Source of the DNA: Phycisphaera mikurensis NBRC 102666
GTDB lineage: Bacteria > Planctomycetota > Phycisphaerae > Phycisphaerales > Phycisphaeraceae
Reading direction: 5' to 3'
NCBI RefSeq assembly: GCF_000284115.1
Contig: NC_017080.1
Span: 2,940,001-2,972,000, forward strand
DNA: 32,000 nt
In this document: positions 27,568 through 32,000 of the stretch, in pieces
Layout of the letters: each line of letters starts with the position of its first letter
Numbering within the stretch: position 1 is the first letter of the stretch
Notes under the pieces: generated by a model
What the model was told of the DNA's origin: nothing
The model's database searches: none
The model's input: the letters and a program-made list of their open reading frames with translations, nothing else
Program-made: the position numbers and the translations under genes

Positions 27568-29268
27568 TCAGCTGCCGCGCCGCCGGCGGCGCGGCAGCAC
27601 GAGCAGCCCGCCGGCGGCCGCGAGAACGGCGCTGGAGGGCTCGGGGACGACGGCGGACATCACCTCGAAGCTGGCGGTGAGGCCGACGTACCCGTCGCCC
27701 CAGCCCTCGAGCCCGGCCATGCCGTAGCGGGCGAGGTACTCGGTGTCGACGCCCTCGGTGAACCCGTTGAGCAGGGCCGCACCCACGCCGCGCGCGTAGA
27801 TCGGCACCAGCTGGTTGGTGTGCTGGGTGGACTGCATGAGCATCTCGGGCTTGTTGCCGATGCCGGCGGTCTCGATGAGGTCGAAGGCCTCGGTGTCGCC
27901 GTCGGGGCCCCAGAGCATGCCCGCCTCGTGGTCGGCGAGCACCATCACCAGCGTCTCGTCGAAGTTGGGATCGTTGGCGGCCACCCAATCCAGCACGGCG
28001 TCCACGGAGTCGTTGAAGTCGACCTGCTCCTCGATCAGCCGCGTCGTGTTGTGCCCGTGGCCCGCCCAGTCCACCTGCGCGCCCTCGACCATCAGGTACA
28101 TCCCTTCCCGGTCCTGCTGGGCATCGAGCTGGTGGATCGCCGCTTTGGTCAGCGTCGCCAGCGTCGGCGTCGCCGCGTTGAAGGGGTCGCCCGCGGAGTC
28201 GTCGCCGGGGTTCACCGGCGCGGCCTGCCGCTCGGCCTTCTGCGCTTCGGTGAGCGGGAAGAACGGCGTGAAGGGCTCGTTGTCGACGACGCCGTTGCCG
28301 TCCCAGTCGTCCGTGATCGGGCGGAGGTACTGCAGCGAGTTCCGCGACTGCGCCAGGCCCAGCAGCCGGCCCTGCGTCGCGGCGGCGGGGTCGGCGGCGA
28401 GGGCCTCGAAGTCGGCCCGGTCCTCCACGAGGTCCCAGCCGCCGGCGTGGGTGCCGGCCTTGAGCTCCACATAGGTGGCGGTGCCGCCGATGTTGCGGGC
28501 GGCGGTGCTGGTCGGGTCGTTCACGTCCAGCGGCGTGAAGTTGCCGGCGTCGTCGTACTCCGGGTGGCCGGGCGTGAAGATCAGGTCCAGCGTGCCCTCG
28601 TCGAGCATCTGGTTGGCGATCTCCTGCGTGTTGCCGCGGCTCACGTTGTGGGCCCCGCCCATCGTGGCCGGCGTGGCGTGGCTGAAGTAGACGCTGCTCA
28701 CCACGCCGGTGGCGCGGTTGTTGGCGCGGGCCAGCTCCGCGATCGTCTGCCCGGTGAGCGGCGCGTCGTCGTTGGTCCAGTTGATGCCGCTGTTGAAGGT
28801 CCGCACGCCCGCGGCGATGGCCGTGCCCGCCGCGGCCGAGTCGGTGTACGTGCTCTTGAGGAAGTTGTAGCCCGCGAAGGGGCCGCCGGAGTTGCTGGCC
28901 GCTCCGGGGGCGGTCGGGCTGAGCGGGTCGGCAAAGGGCACCCGCGCGTTGTCCACCGGCTGGGCGCTCGTGTCCCACGCGGCGGCCGGGTCGTAGACCA
29001 GCGTGGGGTCCTGCCCGGCGCCGTCGGGCTCACGGTTGAAGGTGAGCGGGTGCGTCGAGGCACCCACCTTGGTCCAGCCGGCCTGCTCGTAGGGCAGCCG
29101 GCCCAGGTCGCCGTGCTGGTACATCGAGGCCGCGTTGAACTGGTTGAAGCCCGCGCCGTCGCTGATCAGCACGAACAGGTTCTTCGCCTCCTGCGCCGCG
29201 GCGGCGCTCCCGCCGGCCACGCCCACGCCCACCAGGAACACACGAAGCAGAGTCGAGGTCCGAATCAT
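27568..29268 (-). CDS. Alkaline phosphatase with PEP-CTERM sorting signal
   Basis: NLFVLISDGAGFNQFNAAS, YTDSAAAGTAIAAGVRTFNSGINW, VEGAQVDWAGHGHNTTRLIEEQVDFNDSVDAVLDWV, TLVMVLADHEAGML; C-terminal VPEPSSAVLAAAGGLLVLPRRRRRGS. Confidence 0.92.
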   Translation of the reverse strand: MIRTSTLLRVFLVGVGVAGGSAAAAQEAKNLFVLISDGAGFNQFNAASMYQHGDLGRLPYEQAGWTKVGASTHPLTFNREPDGAGQDPTLVYDPAAAWDTSAQPVDNARVPFADPLSPTAPGAASNSGGPFAGYNFLKSTYTDSAAAGTAIAAGVRTFNSGINWTNDDAPLTGQTIAELARANNRATGVVSSVYFSHATPATMGGAHNVSRGNTQEIANQMLDEGTLDLIFTPGHPEYDDAGNFTPLDVNDPTSTAARNIGGTATYVELKAGTHAGGWDLVEDRADFEALAADPAAATQGRLLGLAQSRNSLQYLRPITDDWDGNGVVDNEPFTPFFPLTEAQKAERQAAPVNPGDDSAGDPFNAATPTLATLTKAAIHQLDAQQDREGMYLMVEGAQVDWAGHGHNTTRLIEEQVDFNDSVDAVLDWVAANDPNFDETLVMVLADHEAGMLWGPDGDTEAFDLIETAGIGNKPEMLMQSTQHTNQLVPIYARGVGAALLNGFTEGVDTEYLARYGMAGLEGWGDGYVGLTASFEVMSAVVPEPSSAVLAAAGGLLVLPRRRRRGS

Positions 29269-29660
29269 CGTCGCTACACCTTTCCTTGGAAACTCGCCGG
29301 CCGCGGGCAACGCCCACGACGAAACCGGCGACGGAAAGCTCCCGGCTCCGGGTCACCGCCGCGCGTCGATCGCGTTGCTTTCCGGTGAGCGGTTGCGTGC
29401 CGGTGCATCTCCCCCACGCGTCCCCGCGGGCGGAACCGGCGGGCGGCCTCACGCGGCGACGCCCGCCCCGGGCCACGCCGCGGACCGAGCCGCCGCGACG
29501 CGTTTCGGGCCCACGGTCCGCGGCCCGCGCGACCGCCGCAGCCCCGACGCTGCGGGCGACGGCGCACGCGCGGCGGGGGCGTCAGCCCTGCGCAGGCGCG
29601 GCTCGACACCAATTCAGATCCGGCTTCGGCTCCGGCTCCGGCCCAGACCGGCCGGGTTCG

Positions 29661-29695
29661 GCTCGCGGCGCGCGAGCGGCCCGCTCCGCGGAGCG
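29661..29695 (-). terminator. Two consecutive hairpins just downstream of zwf; terminator-like
   Basis: gctcgc-ggcgc-gcgagc (29661-29677) and the perfect 14-bp palindrome cgctccgcggagcg (29682-29695), 3 bp beyond the zwf stop; no U-tract. Confidence 0.35.
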
Positions 29696-29698
29696 TCG

Positions 29699-31228
<1,530 letters not shown>

Positions 31229-31314
31229 GGGCAGAGCCTAAGAACCCGCCGCTCCTCCAGCCGCGGGCTCCCGAATCCGGCACGACCGGGGGCCGGGTGC
31301 CACGCGGGTGCGCG

Positions 31315-31470
31315 CTAGCGGTGATCCCCGAGTTTCCTCAGGGCTCGCCGGCAGAGCCCGTGGAGCTGCCGGACGGCGAGATCGAGCTCGGTCGACAGCT
31401 CGAGCATCGATTTGCCCCCGAGGAAGCGGCCCACGAGGATCTTCCGCTCCAGCTCGGTCAGTCTTTCCAT
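31315..31470 (-). CDS. Small protein resembling sigma-70 region 4 / HTH only (start uncertain; could extend to 31665)
   Basis: MERLTELERKILVGRFLGGKSMLELSTELDLAVRQLHGLCRRALRKLGDHR: helix-turn-helix of sigma region 4 type with no region 2 in the same frame. Confidence 0.45.
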   Translation of the reverse strand: MERLTELERKILVGRFLGGKSMLELSTELDLAVRQLHGLCRRALRKLGDHR

Positions 31471-31743
31471 GACGGGGTCCGGGTGCTCTGGCGTGATGGA
31501 TGCGGGACAAGGAGAGGAGGATCCAACGCCAGCCGGTGCGTTGGGCCGCGTCGGCGGGCCGACGGGATTCGCGGATCGGCGGCGTTTCGGGCCGTTCCGC
31601 CCAGCGGTCCGCGGCGGTGTGGCGGCCGGCTCGAGAGCAGCGGGCCGCTCGTTCGCGGGAGACACGGAGGCACGAGAGGATACCTCGAAAGAGGCGGCCG
31701 GAGCGGGGCGGAGCGGCAGGTCGCCCGTGGCCGCGAGAGCGGA

Positions 31744-32000
31744 GCGGCGACGCCGCTCTGTCTGCTTGTGCGCGAGGGAGCTGGATCGCGGCTCGGACAG
31801 CGTGGCGTCGCCACGCAGCTACCGCGGCCAGGCTGGCTTCGAGAGCTGAGCGGCGACGCCGCTCTGTCTGCTTGTGCGCGAAGGAGCTGGATCGCGACTC
31901 GGACAGCGTGGCGTCGCCACGCAGCTAGCGCGGCCAGGCTGGCGGCGAGAGCGGAGCGGCGACGCCGCTCTGTCTGCTTGTGCGCGAAGAAGCTGGATCG
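31744..32000. repeat. 106-bp tandem repeat, 2 full copies plus a third truncated by the window edge
   Basis: Copies start at 31744, 31850 and 31956 with gcggcgacgccgctctgtctgcttgtgcgcg. Copies 1 and 2 differ at about 6 of 106 positions. Each full unit carries a near-palindrome, 15/17 matching (31746-31762 with 31796-31812; 31852-31868 with 31902-31918). Confidence 0.95.

Noticed and set aside
29611-29640. ggcttcggctccggctccgg hexamer-like repeats before zwf's 3' end
   Set aside because: Very short and within expected low-complexity composition for a GC-rich intergenic region.
31744-32000. CRISPR array
   Set aside because: The whole 106-bp unit is conserved with no alternation of constant repeats and variable spacers, and there are no cas genes.
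31744-32000. Integron attC array
   Set aside because: No recognisable integrase or cassette ORFs, and the unit is too uniform; the internal inverted arms alone are insufficient.

Overview
GC-rich bacterial chromosomal window. The PEP-CTERM tails ([17 protein letters not shown]), the DUF1559-like pseudopilin and the codon bias suggest Planctomycetes, probably Phycisphaerae; this is inference. Supported content, left to right: partial metX (-); COG3014-like lipoprotein (+); Fe3+-type ABC importer operon (-); two tandem PEP-CTERM proteins (+); pseudopilin-like protein overlapping an exported tandem-duplicated beta-lactamase-fold serine hydrolase (+); exported acetolactate-decarboxylase-like protein (+); YcfL-like and LpoB-like lipoproteins (+); metallophosphoesterase (-); ECF sigma factor, putative non-canonical anti-sigma and His-rich exported protein (+); a three-gene minus-strand module (CsgG-like protein, 1545-aa CsgG-like/propeller-like/ankyrin protein, PDZ protein); pgl (-); PEP-CTERM protein and GT2 glycosyltransferase (+); PEP-CTERM alkaline phosphatase (-); zwf (-); a small sigma-region-4-like ORF (-); and a 106-bp tandem repeat array running off the right edge. 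The best candidates for something undescribed are the CsgG/ankyrin/PDZ module at 16835-24093 and the 106-bp hairpin-bearing repeats at 31744-32000. No CRISPR array, tRNA, rRNA, transposase, phage gene or recognised defense system was seen.
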